Source of the DNA: Tubiluchus corallicola
Taxonomy: Eukaryota > Animalia > Priapulida
NCBI GenBank assembly: GCA_030141605.1
Contig: JAQGDQ010000217.1
Location: forward strand, 248,001-312,000
Direction of reading: 5' to 3'
Length of the DNA stretch: 64,000 nt
In this document: positions 35,266 to 63,670 of the stretch, one piece after another
How positions within the stretch are numbered: position 1 is the first letter of the stretch
How the letters are laid out: each line of letters begins with the position of its first letter
Notes under the pieces: model-generated
Told to the model about the DNA's origin: nothing
Seen by the model: only the letters and a program-made list of their open reading frames with translations
The model's database searches: none
Program-made: the position numbers and the translations under genes

Positions 35266-38159
35266 GGCAACAGCTTTTGTAGTGTTGAACAATGTGAACT
35301 TGATGTCTATGCGTTTGTAAATTTAATTATGAACATTTTTGGTCACAGTTTCACACGTTTTTACAGCTCACTTGTAATAGTAGAGAATCGGTGGTAGCTG
35401 TAAAGAGAAAAACGTGTTTTTCTTGACATGCAAGCTTATGTCAAATTATTTTTAGGATTTGTTGTTGGAAATTGACTTTTTTCAACTTTTTTCCGCCAAA
35501 TTACAGATGTGAAAATGCATTCATAACGGAGATGCGAACTTGTTTACTCAACGTTTCACAAGGATATTTTGGTTTCCCTATGACGCCAAGGGTTCGCGTA
35601 AAGGTCATAGTTTATGGCTTTGAAAATGGGATCTTATTCGACAGAACGATGTGATCCTTTTGAAAAGCTGTTCATCATGACAAATTTGCCTTTTGTACTA
35701 AAGACTTTTGCTTGTTTTTTACTTTTCATGTGAATACCTTAACAGTTTTTGCAATTTCTTTAACGATAAATTGATACAAAATAGAGAAGATAGGTTAGGA
35801 ATAGCTCTGAAGCTGTGGCTTGTTAGAGAATTAGATGAGAAACATAGTCGGGAATCCATTACAGTGGAGAGGTTTAACAGTCGATATCCATGGTGTTCTT
35901 CTTGAACTTCCTGTTATTATAATCAGTGGAAAATGCTCTTCGGAGTGATATAGCAGCAGCAGTTCTTTCTCCAAATCTACCTATAACAGTTGGTTTAAAT
36001 GTTACATAACAATTTTTGCGTTTTCGGAAATACATTGGAGCATTTTTTACGATTTCGTGACGTATACCGCGAAATCTGCACATTATATTATAGGCACTTA
36101 ATGAACTATTATCTATTTACCCATATTATAAATCGTACAGTTACAATTCACAACATTACATAATTTACGTGTAATGCTTTGATGTAAACTTCCTTTTTTT
36201 GGATGGTAGGCTTTAAAAATTTAAGCAAAGAAGAGAGGAAAATCGCAAAAGCGGGAAAAAGAGACTGTTAGTTTGATTAACTAGTTAATTTAATCTTGCA
36301 TCAAATTGTGTGTTCTGGAAATTTATTTGTCACTGATAATGTTTCGTGAAATAGAAAATGTAGGTCAACAGGAATATGTAATCGCGTATGACCAGTGATT
36401 ACAAACCCTCCTTTTGTTTCTACGCAGTGAATTGGTAATCCCTGTGACTAAAACAGTCACTATAATTATAGTTCATGGTGAATGCACAATATACTTCGTC
36501 CAGTAAAGGCACAGACAGACAATTTTGCATGGTAATTCGTGCATAAATGCTTTGCTGCCATTGCTTGTCGCGTAATTACTTATGACGATGTAGGAAAGGG
36601 AATCGTTACAGTAGTTGCGAAGTAGAAGCCTCTCCGTTGTTATGATACCCAAGGGGACCCTGGGGTTTCAATATTCAATGGGTTTCTACATTAACCTAGT
36701 TATTTCCATTACTTGTTCATTTTATTGTCCGCTGTTTGAAAGCTAGACAGTTTAGCTTCGATCGATTGAAGCCTAGAAGGCAATTGGTATTGTTCCTGTG
36801 CTTGACATGGACAGCAAACTAGTTAGGGAACTGCAAACCAGCAGGTGTCCAATAGAGAGGAGACCTTGTTTTAATAGCCTACGGAATTCTTCAACCAACT
36901 AGGGGTGTGCATTTACTGCTAAGTCTGCAGTTGCTAATTTGTACACGTTACCAGATGTCTGCCGACATTAAAACACTCCGTAAAAGGGGGTAGGGCAGTA
37001 GACGGTTTGGATCTACTTAACACGGGCAAGTCAAGATAATTTTAAACAAATATTTTGAATACAAATCTAATATAGCCAGTGTTTGAATGATACTTTAGTT
37101 TTGGTGTCAATTGTCTGACACATTAAGAAGATTATGCACCCATTTGTTCTCCATATGTTCCATAATTGTTAAGCGTTTCACTGTTAATCATATTATTAAA
37201 GTGGGTGAGACTTATTTTTAATAGGGGCACCATCAAAGGTAAAAGTACCGTAAGTTCCTCGTGTTTTGTGCGATCAATTTAGTCATGCTGTCCAGCTTTA
37301 TCAAGACATCTACGTATTCAAGTTTATGCCCGATTAAGAGTGATTTGATATTATTGCGTAATATTAGCGCGATTATCACATTTATAATCAGAATTATGTG
37401 CAACTCATTAAGATGTAACCATTAAGATGTCTTATATTATAAACATTTTTGACTATATGCGCTTTCTAATGCATGACGTAATGTAGTAATCACTGATTAT
37501 CACGTGACATCATATCAGGTACAAAGATAAAAGACACCAGATATCATGTCACATAGAGTCACGTCGTTTCCCACCAGCCACCACATAGGCAACGTCATCA
37601 GCGCACGTCACTTGAGACCATGTCTGCCATACCCAGAATACATGTCTACTGGTATTTACACTACAATACTCCATGCTGTGTCATAATGTGCATTAAATAC
37701 AATGAATAAAAATTTGTTATTATTAATTTTTGCTAATTAATAATCAAGAAACATAATTTTGCATGATAAAATTTAAAAGTTATTACATAACAATTCTTAG
37801 CGCAACAAGAGTGACGGAAAAGTTGTTTTTCTTGATGTTAGAACGAGTCGCTTTGCTTTATTTTTCGATTTGTTTACATTGCTGTATGAGTAGCCTATTT
37901 TTGACTGCACTGGGAGCATGGAAGCCATAACAATAAGCCACTGAAGGTCGGAGGCATGTTGAAGCTGCCTGAACTCTGAGAATTTCAAGCTTTATTGTTT
38001 TGCTGCATGCACAGCATTTACATGCATGGCTGGACTGTGAGGTGAGCCTCAGGTGACCGCGGAATGGCCCACTTTCGAGTCTCTCATTATAGCTGGTATA
38101 GGCTAAAACAAACAATGTATTTAATCTTCTTGAAACTTTTTAATTAATATGGCTTCATT

Positions 38160-38503
38160 TAGGGTGCTGGGCTTTTTTGGCACAAACGTTTTGGCTCAGG
38201 CCGCACAGCTACGCGGGGATAACTTTTTAGCACATGGACATCTAGACACAGGACACATTGGACACTTAACTTTTGCATACTTGGACGTTTGGAAACACTG
38301 GACACTTAACTTTTGCATACGCGGACATTTGGAAACACAACATATTGGCTAAAGATACGTTTTTGAACGCGGCACATTGGGTAGAGATACTTTTAGTCAC
38401 GCGGCATACGGGGGCACAAGCGCTTTTGTGTTATGAACGTTTTGAGAGACGGCATTTTGGATACAATACTTTCTTACGGTGCACGCCAAAAATGGCACGG
38501 TAG
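38160..38503. repeat. MITE-like segment with ggacat/ttggacac internal repeats, including a 2 x 40-bp tandem duplication
   Basis: 40-bp units at 38259-38298 and 38299-38338; weak inverted ends (ttttggc ... gccaaaa). Confidence 0.5.
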
Positions 38504-40835
38504 ATGCAAGATACTTCCTGCAGATGCAAGCTCGACAAAAATCGTGATGAGCACGTAAACATTACAGGCTTATTAACAACGGTATACATATACATATAAG
38601 ACAATAAGGGACAATAAGTATATATTATTAGCCAACATGTATAAAATATATTTTACATAGCGGCTTTACTTTAACGTAAGAGTAGTTATTGGCAATCTGT
38701 ATTTGCCAGAAAGTAAGAAACAAAGTAAGGAATTCTACATTAGGGGAAAAACGCTGCCACATCACGTTAGAAATTACAAGTATACACAATCTCATAGACA
38801 CAAAAGTACTACTGCAGTGTACGCAATCAAGACTAGAAAAATATAATAGTTAATAAATAGCATGTACAAAACAGTGTAATGCCATCACTTAGAGTTGATA
38901 TTAACTTACTTGAGGCTTTGTACAATTAACTGTAAATTGTGGACGTATTGAAAATGTATACATTTCCATTTATAGTTAAGTGCAGAATGCGGATTGTCGC
39001 GGAGTAATAAGTAGTTTAAAGCGCGTTAGCCCCTCTTAATTAAATATTTAGTATTCCGCTTGCAATGGCGATCTCTTGAGAAATTGAACCGTTTGCCATC
39101 ATCATCATGTATGCAAGCACACTGTAAACCGTAGATTAATTGTTATTATCTGTGTCTATCGTTGGCTATTCGTAAATTGCAAATAGAAGTTTATACTAAA
39201 AGATATTAAATTCTTAAATGTTTACAAGTTCTATAAGTTGGCTTTGCATTGACCTCGTGCAGTCTGTGTGCACGAACTGCATGAATTTCATTACCATGAG
39301 ATATTACAATATTTGTTACAAACGATTTGTTGTACAAATTTGTGTTGCACCGGAAGCCGGGTTTTCAATTCCCATGTTGCTAATCAAATATATAAAAACA
39401 CACAACTGACAGACAGCTTAGTTATGAAGCCATTTTATTAGCCTTTCTTGCTGGTGCAGCCTTCATATCAATTTGTGGATTTCTGATGCTTCTCTTCTTG
39501 TGTTGCTCACAGTTGCTGTGATCTATGATAAGTGTATCACGGCCTACCGGTTGTTCTTTTCCAATGCTATAGTTCAAGTTAGAAAAAATATCAGGCAGAG
39601 CATGTAATATTATGCATTCGTTAAAATAAACTATTTGAGAAAATTTAATTTTAGGATTACTGACAGTGCGGCGTAGAACCGTTTTTAATAAGTTATGGCA
39701 GATGTTTCTAGAGCTCGCGAAATTTTAGTCCCCAGATGTTTATTACGTAAGATCAGTAGGTTCATTGCCCTACAGCTTGAGCGGTGGATCATCTTAATTT
39801 TCATGACATACCTGTATGTTTACCTGTAAGACTTAAAATCGCATTACTGTTAGATTAAAATATTTACTTGAATAAATTCATAGTTTGTATAATCTGTGCT
39901 AGGAAACGTGGATAGCAAATGTGTAAACATGTAGGAAGGAACGGGAATTAAAAAAACAGTTAATTAAAGTCAATCTGGAAATAAGTAGACCGATTATCTT
40001 ACTTGTCTAAGGTGTCAAAAAGCACATCACTTGGTCTTCGGCAAAATTTAACTTTCACCATAGTTATTTCGATCATTGCCCTGTTAAAAGTTCATGCACT
40101 TAAAGTATTAAGAATCTCAGAGGTAACATCAATGTCAATGTAACATTATTATTATGACATTTCTGTTAGTAGGATAGGTATATAGGTGTACTGAATAGCT
40201 TAGCTTTATTTTTTGTGATTGTGTCGTTCTTTTTTGCTTATTGAAAGTTATTGTGTGGATGCCTTAACGTTACCTAAGTGTTCTCTATCATCCGCGTATC
40301 GAATGTCGAAAGAATTTACAGAATGGACTAGCGTTGAGCATTCGGTTTTTGACTCAAATCTTATTTGTAAAGATATTAATGCTTTTGATTAAATTGCATC
40401 ATAAAGCAAATAATTATTCAAAATGATTTTACAGGGTGCATTTTCATCTCGATTCCAGCTTTTGAATGCCTTCCTTTTCCCAAGTTGCTCGTTAACGGCA
40501 CTGCGTAGCATTGCTTTTATTACTAAATGCTTAGCATGATTTCAGTTTATTAACTGTTCCCTTTTAATCCCCGCCCAGGAAAGCGGGATTTGAGGACTGG
40601 CCGGGTTGTGTTTATTATTTGTGAAAACATGCTTGTTTTCTTTGCCGTTTTGCTGTAAAGTTTAGCTGCCTTTTGTAGGTCAAGGCTAATCGATGGTGAT
40701 TATGACGAGTTTGATTTTGTCTTTCATTTTAATCTGATATTGTAATTTAATTTGCTTCTATAGCCATAGATTATGATTTTGTGTATATGGGCAGCTTTTT
40801 ACATAATTGTTGGTTTGCATTTTCTGCTTAGAAAT

Positions 40836-40870
40836 ATGTGCGTGCGTGCGTGCGTGCGCATGCGTGGGTG

Positions 40871-40946
<76 letters not shown>
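40836..40946. repeat. (GCGT)n/(TG)n microsatellite
   Basis: Read directly. Confidence 0.97.
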
Positions 40947-40947
<1 letters not shown>

Positions 40948-41421
40948 ATCATAAATATATAAATAAATTATATGAATGTAAATAAACACATGATTTATCT
41001 TTATACCATTTTGTTTCTGACAGCAGATTTTTTAAACTTGAAAATTAATTTTGAAAGCCGATGAAAGAAAAGGCGAAATTGTATTTAAAGACTAAAGCAT
41101 CTTTCCAGAGACTGCTATAATCATTGAAACGAAAATGTAGTTAAAATTATAAGCAAAATAAAGAAGAGGCCAAAGGAGAAATCTTGTTCGTGAAGACAAC
41201 AGAGAACAGCTCGTGACCTAAAAGCTCTTTTGAAATAAAACCATTTTAAAGTTTAAGGGCATTTAAAAGAATAAAATTCATTTGAAATACCAGTGATACA
41301 AGTATTAACATACGTATGCATTATAATGGAGCTTCTAAGGTTTTTGTGATCAGATTTTGTTTAATTTGCCTTCTTGATTTGTTTTTGCATCTGTTGCAGT
41401 TTCCTGACCAAGTAAGACACT

Positions 41422-55009
<13,588 letters not shown>

Positions 55010-58000
55010 CGTTTATTTCTCCTAGGAGGCGTCAGTTGTTGTTGCACTTGCGCAGCTTGATGTCTACTAGGAACTTCAACAAAACAACAATGTCACATCT
55101 AGTCACCGAAAATTACATGCAGTTGAACAGCCAACCCTCCTGCAAGATCTCACAAGCTATGCTGGATAGTTTTTTATAGTGCTGTATATAGTCATGTGAC
55201 TTAGTCAAAGCAAACGTTTTCCTTTTATGTAGTTTGTGGTACTTACTAGTCATTACTATTCCCTTGCTGTTACGTGTGAATTTCTAAGGACTGATTGTAT
55301 TTAGCTTTCCTGTCTGTGAGCCCATTTCTAAGTGGCTTCACTATTAGCTACTGCTATTCCCCACAACTTGTATTATTGTGTTAACCGCTTCGCTGTATGA
55401 TGAGAATCTCCTGTCATGCTATTCTGACTGGCCTGTATGACGAGATTATCGTCAATACAAATTAATTGACGCCTACGCCATTAGCAATGATAATACGTAT
55501 GGCACATGTACTTCATGAATCAGGTTTTTGGAAATAAAGGGCAGCGATGTTCTCTGTTGTCCCACGGCCAAGAAACACACAAAAGTCACAAAAAGAGATT
55601 GCTGTTATTATTGAATGCTATGTTGTGATTGCTGCCTTGTGCATAGTTTTTTTGCTTGTTGTCTATTTGTTGTCCATTCAAAGTGGCTTAGAAGAGGTAC
55701 ACACAGTATAGAATAAGCTTGAAATTACAGTGCTAGATTTAGCAAGGAGTCATCAGACGATGGTAGTTGGAGCCAATGCATACATGTAATTAGATATGGC
55801 TGATCCAATATGTTTGGTTGATAAACTATGTAGATACAAGGTAAAAATTATAGCTATGGGCCTACAAATGCTTTCACCTCTTCTACACTTTAATGGCTAT
55901 TGGGTTAAATGGCACAATTTGATGGTGAGCCATTGCTCTTACGTATTTTATAAAAAGTAGTAGCTTGTGGCAGTGGTGAAGGCAGAGCAGCTATGACAAC
56001 AGCAACAGCAATAATGACAGTAGAAGTGGTGGTGACGTAGTAGCAGCAGTAATACTGGTAATAACACTACAGTGACTATAGCAGTAGCAACTTTTCATTT
56101 TCTTAATATATTCCAGTGTGCCAGCTTGAATACAAATTGCAGGGCAGTGAACGCTTAATCTGTCATGTCTGTATATAGTTTACTAAAAGTAGCCAATTAA
56201 CCGTTAAGTTCTTTTCAGACTTGACTGTAAAACTTTGTTTACGCACTTTAAAAAAATTAAGTTACAATAAATGTTTTTTTACTGTCAAGTGCCTACTTAG
56301 CTATGACCTCATTTAACAACTTTTTGTATTAATATTAGTTGCTGTGTGAGTTACTTAACCTGCTGGAATATTGCTCACTAAAGAAGTGTAAGTTACCATG
56401 AAAGGACTGCCGAGTGACAAAAAGTGACATATTCCTGCAGATGATACTAATTTGCTTGATTTACACAGCATAAATCATATATGGCTACCTGTGCTGCTTG
56501 GTACAATATTTTTTTGCATTTTTTGCTCAGTTTTATGCCAAGCCCATCAAGATATTAGACTGGGCCAGATAAAAGAAAAATAAGAAATGCAAAAATGGGA
56601 AAAATGTAGTATCTAAACATCACATTATACAATAAATGGTGAGCTAAAATTTTTATCATGTTTCATTCTAAATTGCTCATCGTTGTAATCAAGGTAAGGC
56701 CGTTAAACTTGTATTGCTTTTCACAGATGAAAGTCTCTAAGGCAAAAACTAAGAGTATGACAAAACTTTATAAAAATACTGAATACAAGTGTTTTGTACA
56801 GTCATGTTGAGTACTACGTACCATTGGTGTTGTATAAGTTTGGCTATATTGCTGAAATGCATGCAGTTTTTTCCGACATTTCTTCAGCACATAGGCTTAC
56901 TCACTTTAATTGTGACATTTATGGAGGTTGTGGTGATTCATATTTTGCCTTTAAAGGTTTATATGCACTTTCCATTCAGTTATTATGAGTAGTGATGGCA
57001 CCACATGTAACTCAAAACTTTTTCGTATTATCAAGGATAATATCATTATATTCGTGCATCTCCATTATTTAAAATTCCCTAGTCTGTATACATGTGTTAT
57101 CACTTTGATAATATGTGTAATATACACTCCGTGTAGATTGTGCTTTTGTGTTGTGTTTTTAAAAGTATTAAGCTTAAAAGAATAAATTTTCAATTCTGAA
57201 CTTTTTACCTTTGGTAAATAATGCTGCTATATTGCTTTTTATAGGCTCTTATTTACTGAATGATATTTTTACTGTAAGTTTCACTCATCTCCATGTGCTG
57301 GACTCACATTTTTAAAATCCACTGCAATTGGTTGTGTTTTTGTTGTGATTAATAATTTTATTGCCAGAAATATGAACATCTTGAGTTATGTATGATGATC
57401 CCAAGTTTAATTTATTGCTGTTTGTATTTTGTAAATAAGAAACCCGCCTTTCAGATCATGTAAATACTTGCCAGTGATTTGATTGTTCTATATTGTTTGT
57501 TAAATAATTATTATTTAGCTAATTAAATAATTTAATAGTCGTTGTAGTGTAAGTATGGCTTAGATCATTTTTGTGCAAGCTCGTGCGCCTAGCTGATACT
57601 GAATATTTTTGTTACACTACATTTCTCTGGCTAATTGAAATTAAGTCCAGTAAATTAACTCACTATCACTTTTTTTGAAATATGGCATATCCAAACTTGG
57701 CAATTAATAATCTTTTACAATTGGATAGCGTATATTATTCGACTATTAGTTGCTCAATATTTGACAATGTTGTGAAACATATCTTACAATTTTTTTTGCT
57801 TTAGTAGTAGCGACTAGTCAGACATTTATTGCACTTATTGTTAATTCCTGCTGAAAGCCAAGGCGATCTGTCAGCAAATACGAAACTGTTGCTCCCAAAT
57901 GTCCTACTTGTTCAGTGATAGGTATGCTCCTTGGTTTGCAAGCTTTGATTAAAAGAGCTAGTCAGTAAATTTCACATTTGTACTTGACGTTTGACTGGTA

Positions 58001-60065
58001 ATGATTGTATTAAAATGAGCTAAATTGAAACGATATGACCTGAAAATGTTAGAATAAGTTAAGCAGAGAAAGCACACAGTGTGTAAAACATAAGTGTCCG
58101 TATGCTTGTGATCATGGCTGTTTGATACATTTTAGAAAACTGAAATGTCGCTGATATATAGTTAAGAAAAGTACAGTTACTTTTCTGTGTATTAAGCTGA
58201 TAAAACAAGCTAAGTAAAATGGTGTGATTTTCACAACCTGAGAAGAGGTACAGTGAAATACATTGCCTAAACATAGTCACAAAAGCACATGTAGTCACAA
58301 ATGTCATAATTGCGGCACTCAGAATTTTGTAAGACACCAAAGATTTCTAGTTTTTTATTATTTTTTGTATGTAATTCAGTATTATAGGTTCATTGAAAAA
58401 AGGTAATCTCCTTCTTTCGAAATTTTCACACTTGACACATATTTTCCTTTTTCATGATGTTAGTATTGTCTACATGAATGAGTTTTACGATAACTACTAT
58501 TTTCCCTCCTTTATCTAGAGGTAAAATTCACATATTTACATAAAAGCAAATTTACTGGTTTGTTAAAATTCATGCTGTTATCATTATACTTTGTGTAACA
58601 TCATTGTGTGAGAATCTCCTAATAAAACAGGTAAACAGATAAAGAAAAGACAATAACTTGATGCTGTTATTTTGATCATTTAATGAGACGAACGAACAAC
58701 TGAATTGACCTATTTTATAGCACGCTACTTCTTTTTTTTCAAACCTAATGTGTTTATCTAGCAACTATAGGGTGGTACATAACCGTGTGGTACTGGTACA
58801 GAAGCAAGGGGTAATTTTACAGAAGAATTTACATCAAAATATTGCTGAAACAGTTGGCAATTTACCATATTCTCAAAATTTAGTGTGTAAACTTCGAGCG
58901 TTTCGTACAGCCTGCAACCTTGAGCAAGGCTGGATTTATAGGGGGCAATTGCTCCGGTTCCCCTAAGAACTTCTTTTATAAAAAATATAATATTTAGGGA
59001 CTGAATAAGCTGAATAATAGCCGATTACAGTCTCAAAGTTTCAATCCGATTAAGGTGATTGGGATGGTTACAGCAATAAATATATCCGTATTTTAACAGT
59101 TAATACTCTGGAATATTCTGAAGTATGTTTGGGGTCATAGTCCTGTTGAAATTTGAAAAATATATCAACAGATTTTTTTTGGAGATTATTTGCTATTATA
59201 TTGATATACTTGCAAAGTTTTTTCCTAATCAGTAAACTTTTCTTCTACGCCTTCGTCCAAGAAAGTTCAATATAAGTATCAAGATAGTTCAATATCAAGA
59301 TACTGTTATAGTTACACGTTTACTTGATTTTCTGCTTTTTCTGTTCTAATCCTGGGATTCCATAAAGTGCTGGAATTATTTTTTACGAGCTGTGATTATT
59401 CCAGCGAAATATTTGGTTGTAATGATAAAATAGGGATGGAAATTTTCCCCACGTGATTATCTCCTTAAAAATTGAAGTTTTTTGCTCATTACTGGTTTTT
59501 ATTTAAGCTTGAACATGAGCCTAAATAGTATGGCAAACTTTTTTGCTCTTCCGCGTACTTAGTGAAGAAGAATTCTAATAATTTCAAGGATGAGCCCATG
59601 AGCGGAAGTAATAAAAACGTTGTGATTTTATTTACAATTTTTAGGTTGGAATTGTAAATGGTAGCCGAAACCTAAAACAGTCAAAATCATAATGAATTGG
59701 CAATAGAGTTAGTTAACTGTAAATATCAAAAAATACAGCACAGTGAAATTATAAGAGCTAGCAAACAGCTGTATTTGCAAAGCGAACCCTACATATCATA
59801 CATACATGTTTTTACAATAAATTATTTTTAAGCAAGTCACGATAAACATAAATAAGGTTGCAATGTTCTTTCTTGCTCTCCCGCGCGTGGTGGTCTTTAT
59901 ATGAAGACTATTATTTTATCTTTACATTTTCATTACAGATTTTTAGACAAAATACTAATCGTTTTAATAAAGTAAAAAAAACAAAAGTTAGCTGAAAATG
60001 ATACTATATCGGCATAATTACTTCGCTATACGATGCACGAAAAATGGTCATTACTTTTACAATGA

Positions 60066-63000
60066 TTATAGCATGTCTGCATTTTCTCTAATAATATACT
60101 CAGCAGCATGAATGCAATGTATAACAGCAGAGACTTGGCGACTAAGTTCTGTTTGCAATTGACTTATCTCTCGTTGATCACTAGTATGGCTTATTTTGTA
60201 TAGGACGTCAGCTATACCAGGAAAACGTAAACCAGAATAAGCATCATGGGAGCTAGGAGCAAATACCAAATGCCTACAAATGTACAAGAAGACAATAAGG
60301 AGTTATTAAAAATTCTATAGTTAAATTTAATGGTTGTAGTCATAAGCAGCGAGACTGCATAAGAAATCGGGTTACAACTCACAAAACAACTTTTCAAGTA
60401 AGCATTTAGCACAATGCTCTCTTCTCACTTTAATGGTATGTTATTTCAACGCACTAAGATATGTTGCTTTGCTGGGATATTATTTCAACGCACCTACGTA
60501 TGTTGCTTTGCTGGGATATTATTTCAACGTACCTACGTATGTTGCTTTGCTGGGATATTATTTCAACGCACCAATGTATGATGCTTTGCTGGGATATTAT
60601 TTCAACGCATCAAGATGCTGGGATATTATTTCAACGCATCAAGATGCTGGGATATTATTTCAACGCATCAAGATATGATGCTTTGCTGGGATATTATTTC
60701 AACGCACCAAGATATGTCGCTTTGCTGGGATATTATTTCAACGCATCAAGATGCTGGGATATTATTTCAACGCATCAAGATATGATGCTTTGCTGGGATA
60801 TTATTTCAACGCATCAAGATGCTGGGATTTTATTTCAACGCATCAGGATATGATGCTTTGCTGGGATATTATTTCAACGCACCAAGATATGTCGCTTTGC
60901 TGGGATATTATTTCAACGCATCAAGATATGTCGCTTTGCTGGGATATTATTTCAACGCACCAAGATATGTCGCTTTGCTGGGATATTATTTCAACGCATC
61001 AAGATATGTTGCTTTGCTGGGATATTATTTCAACACACCAAGATGCTGGGATATTATTTCAACGCGCGAAGATAAGTTGCTTTGTTGGGATATTATTTCA
61101 ACGTACCAAGGTATGTTGCTCTGCTGGGATATTATTTCAACACACCAAGATGCTGGGACATTATTTCAACGCATCAAGATTTGTTGCAACTTTTAAAAAT
61201 GAAAAGGGAAACGAAACATCTAATAGGCCAAGACAGAGTTCGCATTATATATATAATTTGAATGCAGTCATCTCTTTATCACGCATTATTTGAGATCCAA
61301 GCACAAAACACAACGTCAGTGTTTCTGTTTACTAGATTTTCCAATAGACAACTGTTATTATCAACTGCTTGGAAATATTGAAATGGGTCTCTGTTTTAAC
61401 TATTATGATTCCTACTGAGTACCCTTTATAAAAGCAAATGCTATTTTTTGCGAACTAGAAAACAACCACAAACCATTATTTATCCAATATTAGGAAAAAT
61501 TCTTCAATTTTCGTTGGCAACAATTCACGATATCGCAGAAGATGAAATCAAAGAATTGGCTGTGTTAGTTGTCATTGCAATGCACGGGTGTGAATAGGCC
61601 AATAGCTAGTTTAGAAGTGTTCTAATCTCATTTGAATGTGAACTTAATTACTCCCTCTCTGAGTCTCTCCCCCCACCCCGCCCCAAAGAAGTAAACAGCA
61701 AGAATCAGTAAGCTGAATGAAACCGGCCATAGACTGAGTCACAAATCGATGCACTAATTAGAATCAGCATTGCTTAACTAGTTATTTTCAGTTCTACGTC
61801 TTTACAGTGTCAGTTTGGTACCAGCGTAGAGTTTAATTTGTCAGTCGAAACAGTAGTGAGCTAAAAATAAGCTAAGTAATCGCTTTCTTTACCACGTTTC
61901 ATTTAATACGCCACCTGCTTGCGATTCGTCTAAGTAAGCAATTAGCTTCGTAACAATTTAACATACTATTTTAGGTTTTTATCTACAACAACTTGCTGCT
62001 GAAATGGAATGGAATGGAATGGAATTATAATTAATAAGTACGTAACTTTGCAGTAATGATTATTACTATGTTTCAATATCTTACCTATTGTTCGGCCTAC
62101 CAGGTAGGCCATTTGGATCTAAGAAAGTCCTTTCTAGTGCCATCATTTGGTCATTAATTCGTCGAATGGTTAACGGGCTGCAAAATGAATATTATACATT
62201 TACACACGCTAGGATTAAACTATGAAAGCAAAATTAATTGCAGAGTTAGGTGTTCTCCAATCCCAGTAGGTCTAGTGCTAACTCTTACAACAAAATACAG
62301 ATTGACCTAACATTAAATAAGTAGACCTCCTACTGTTACTTCCATGATTTTTAAAGGAGTAAACTATTTTTTCGTCAATCTTTTTGATAATAATTAAAAC
62401 AACCGCGGAGTAGTTAAGGCCACCTGTCCACACCGCACACAACCACATCACATCACCGGATTCTGGATCCGGAGGAGGAACCTAACTGAATTCGGATTTT
62501 GGCCGCTTTTCTTCTATCTTCAAGGAACCCTAGAACCCCAACCTAGCTCTGCACATCCTCGTTAGAGTGGAAACGAAACGAAAGCTGAGCACCTGCCGCT
62601 TAATTTCAATTCCTTTTTCTATTACGCACACACACGCACGCACGCACGCGCGCGCACACACACACACACATATATATTTTGTGTACATATATACGACCCT
62701 TTTCTGGTGGCTGATTCGATAACGTATGTTCTTCGCCAACCCTTCCCATTTGATTGGCTATAAGTGTTATTAAATTTTAACTAATGTTTTATGTAAGGGA
62801 AAACAGTAAATTATTTGATAAGCTAATTTAATATAGGTGTATGCCTAACGCAAAGCAATCATACTTATCCATGTTTATGGCCTTCATGTGTTTAGTAAAT
62901 TTCTCACTGGTGCGCTTGAAATTTTTAACAGCATTTTCCATAATGACAAGCTTTTCTGTAAATAGATTATTTAAATAATTAATTTTTATGTTTGATTACT

Positions 63001-63670
63001 AAACATCTAATTTCTATTAGTTTGACACAAATTGCCACCTTCTTATTACGTTTGCACTTTGCTATTTTACTAACATGTAGCACCAGCCTTACGTAGTAAG
63101 CGTATCATGTTAAGCTAGTAAAGAGTTATAAAATATATATATGCACGAAAATCGAAAATTAAAAATGTGCTTCTTAATAAATATTCACCAGTATTTTTAA
63201 CTGGTATTGGGAGGTGGAGGCAGATGATATAGCATTAGGCCTACTAATGTTATTATCCTGCAAGGGCTGATACGCCACCGAGATCATTTAAATCATTATC
63301 CACCAGCAAACATTCCTGGATTGGACTATCTGTAAACTTTAAGTCTTTAAGACAAGACCGATTCATTTTGGGCAACGATGTCAGTATAACTGTAACGTGT
63401 GTAGCTAGAATAGGTTACTCATGTTTTTCTTGACACAACCTTAATTCTGTACAGTTTGTATTACCCCTTTCCGGAAAATGTAATGCAAAATTGAGCAATT
63501 TTACCTTTTTTTATGCCATTATTTAGTAACTCTGCCTCAGCTAAATTCCTGAGATCATTGCAGGATTCCTCTAAGGTGTCAGCCAATGACATCACATCAT
63601 ATGGAATTATTAGCGATTCAGCTAAATCGCGCACTACTTCTACGCTGACTTGAGCTACGGCTCTGTGGTG
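60066..63670 (-). CDS. N-acetylated alpha-linked acidic dipeptidase / glutamate carboxypeptidase II-like (M28B, TfR-type dimerization domain); last 4 exons, 5'-partial
   Basis: Exons 63670-63505, 62955-62865, 62177-62085, 60273-60066 are in frame: HRAVAQV..DLAESLIIPYD, NPLTIRRINDQMMALERTFLDPNGLPGRPNNRHLVFAPSSHDAYSGLRFPGIAD, matching the FOLH1/NAALAD2 C-terminus. Confidence 0.88.
60432..61190. repeat. Intronic minisatellite, ~21 units of 39 bp and 29 bp
   Basis: Long unit gctgggatattatttcaacgcaccaagatatgtcgcttt (39 bp) is interspersed with short unit gctgggatattatttcaacgcatcaagat (29 bp). Confidence 0.95.
62625..62678. repeat. (CA)n/(CACG)n/(TA)n compound microsatellite
   Basis: Read directly. 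Confidence 0.85.

Noticed and set aside
33074-36083. Short ORFs in the SULT-TTBK intergenic region
   Set aside because: No motifs, no consistent splice-frame chain, and an AT-rich non-coding composition.
37560-37605. Minus-strand CTGATGA...GAAAC as a hammerhead ribozyme (also near 15020-15050)
   Set aside because: Stem II and flanking helices do not pair.
40758-40985. HT- and CV-repeat ORFs
   Set aside because: Translations of the (TG)n microsatellite.
55390-55475. ATGATGA...CTGA...ATGACGA as a C/D snoRNA, or a SECIS for the TTBK UGA
   Set aside because: No terminal D box or stem, not intronic, and no proper helix II with an apical AA loop.
58924-58970. caaggctggattta...gggggcaattgc as a MITE left end (also a lone gtgcacccctg near 7663)
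   Set aside because: No partner TIR or TSD found.
60432-61293. CRISPR array or repeat-protein ORFs (LLGYYFNA.., CWDIISTHQD..)
   Set aside because: No unique spacers, eukaryotic intronic context and no cas genes; the ORFs are translations of a minisatellite and shift frame at the 29-bp units.
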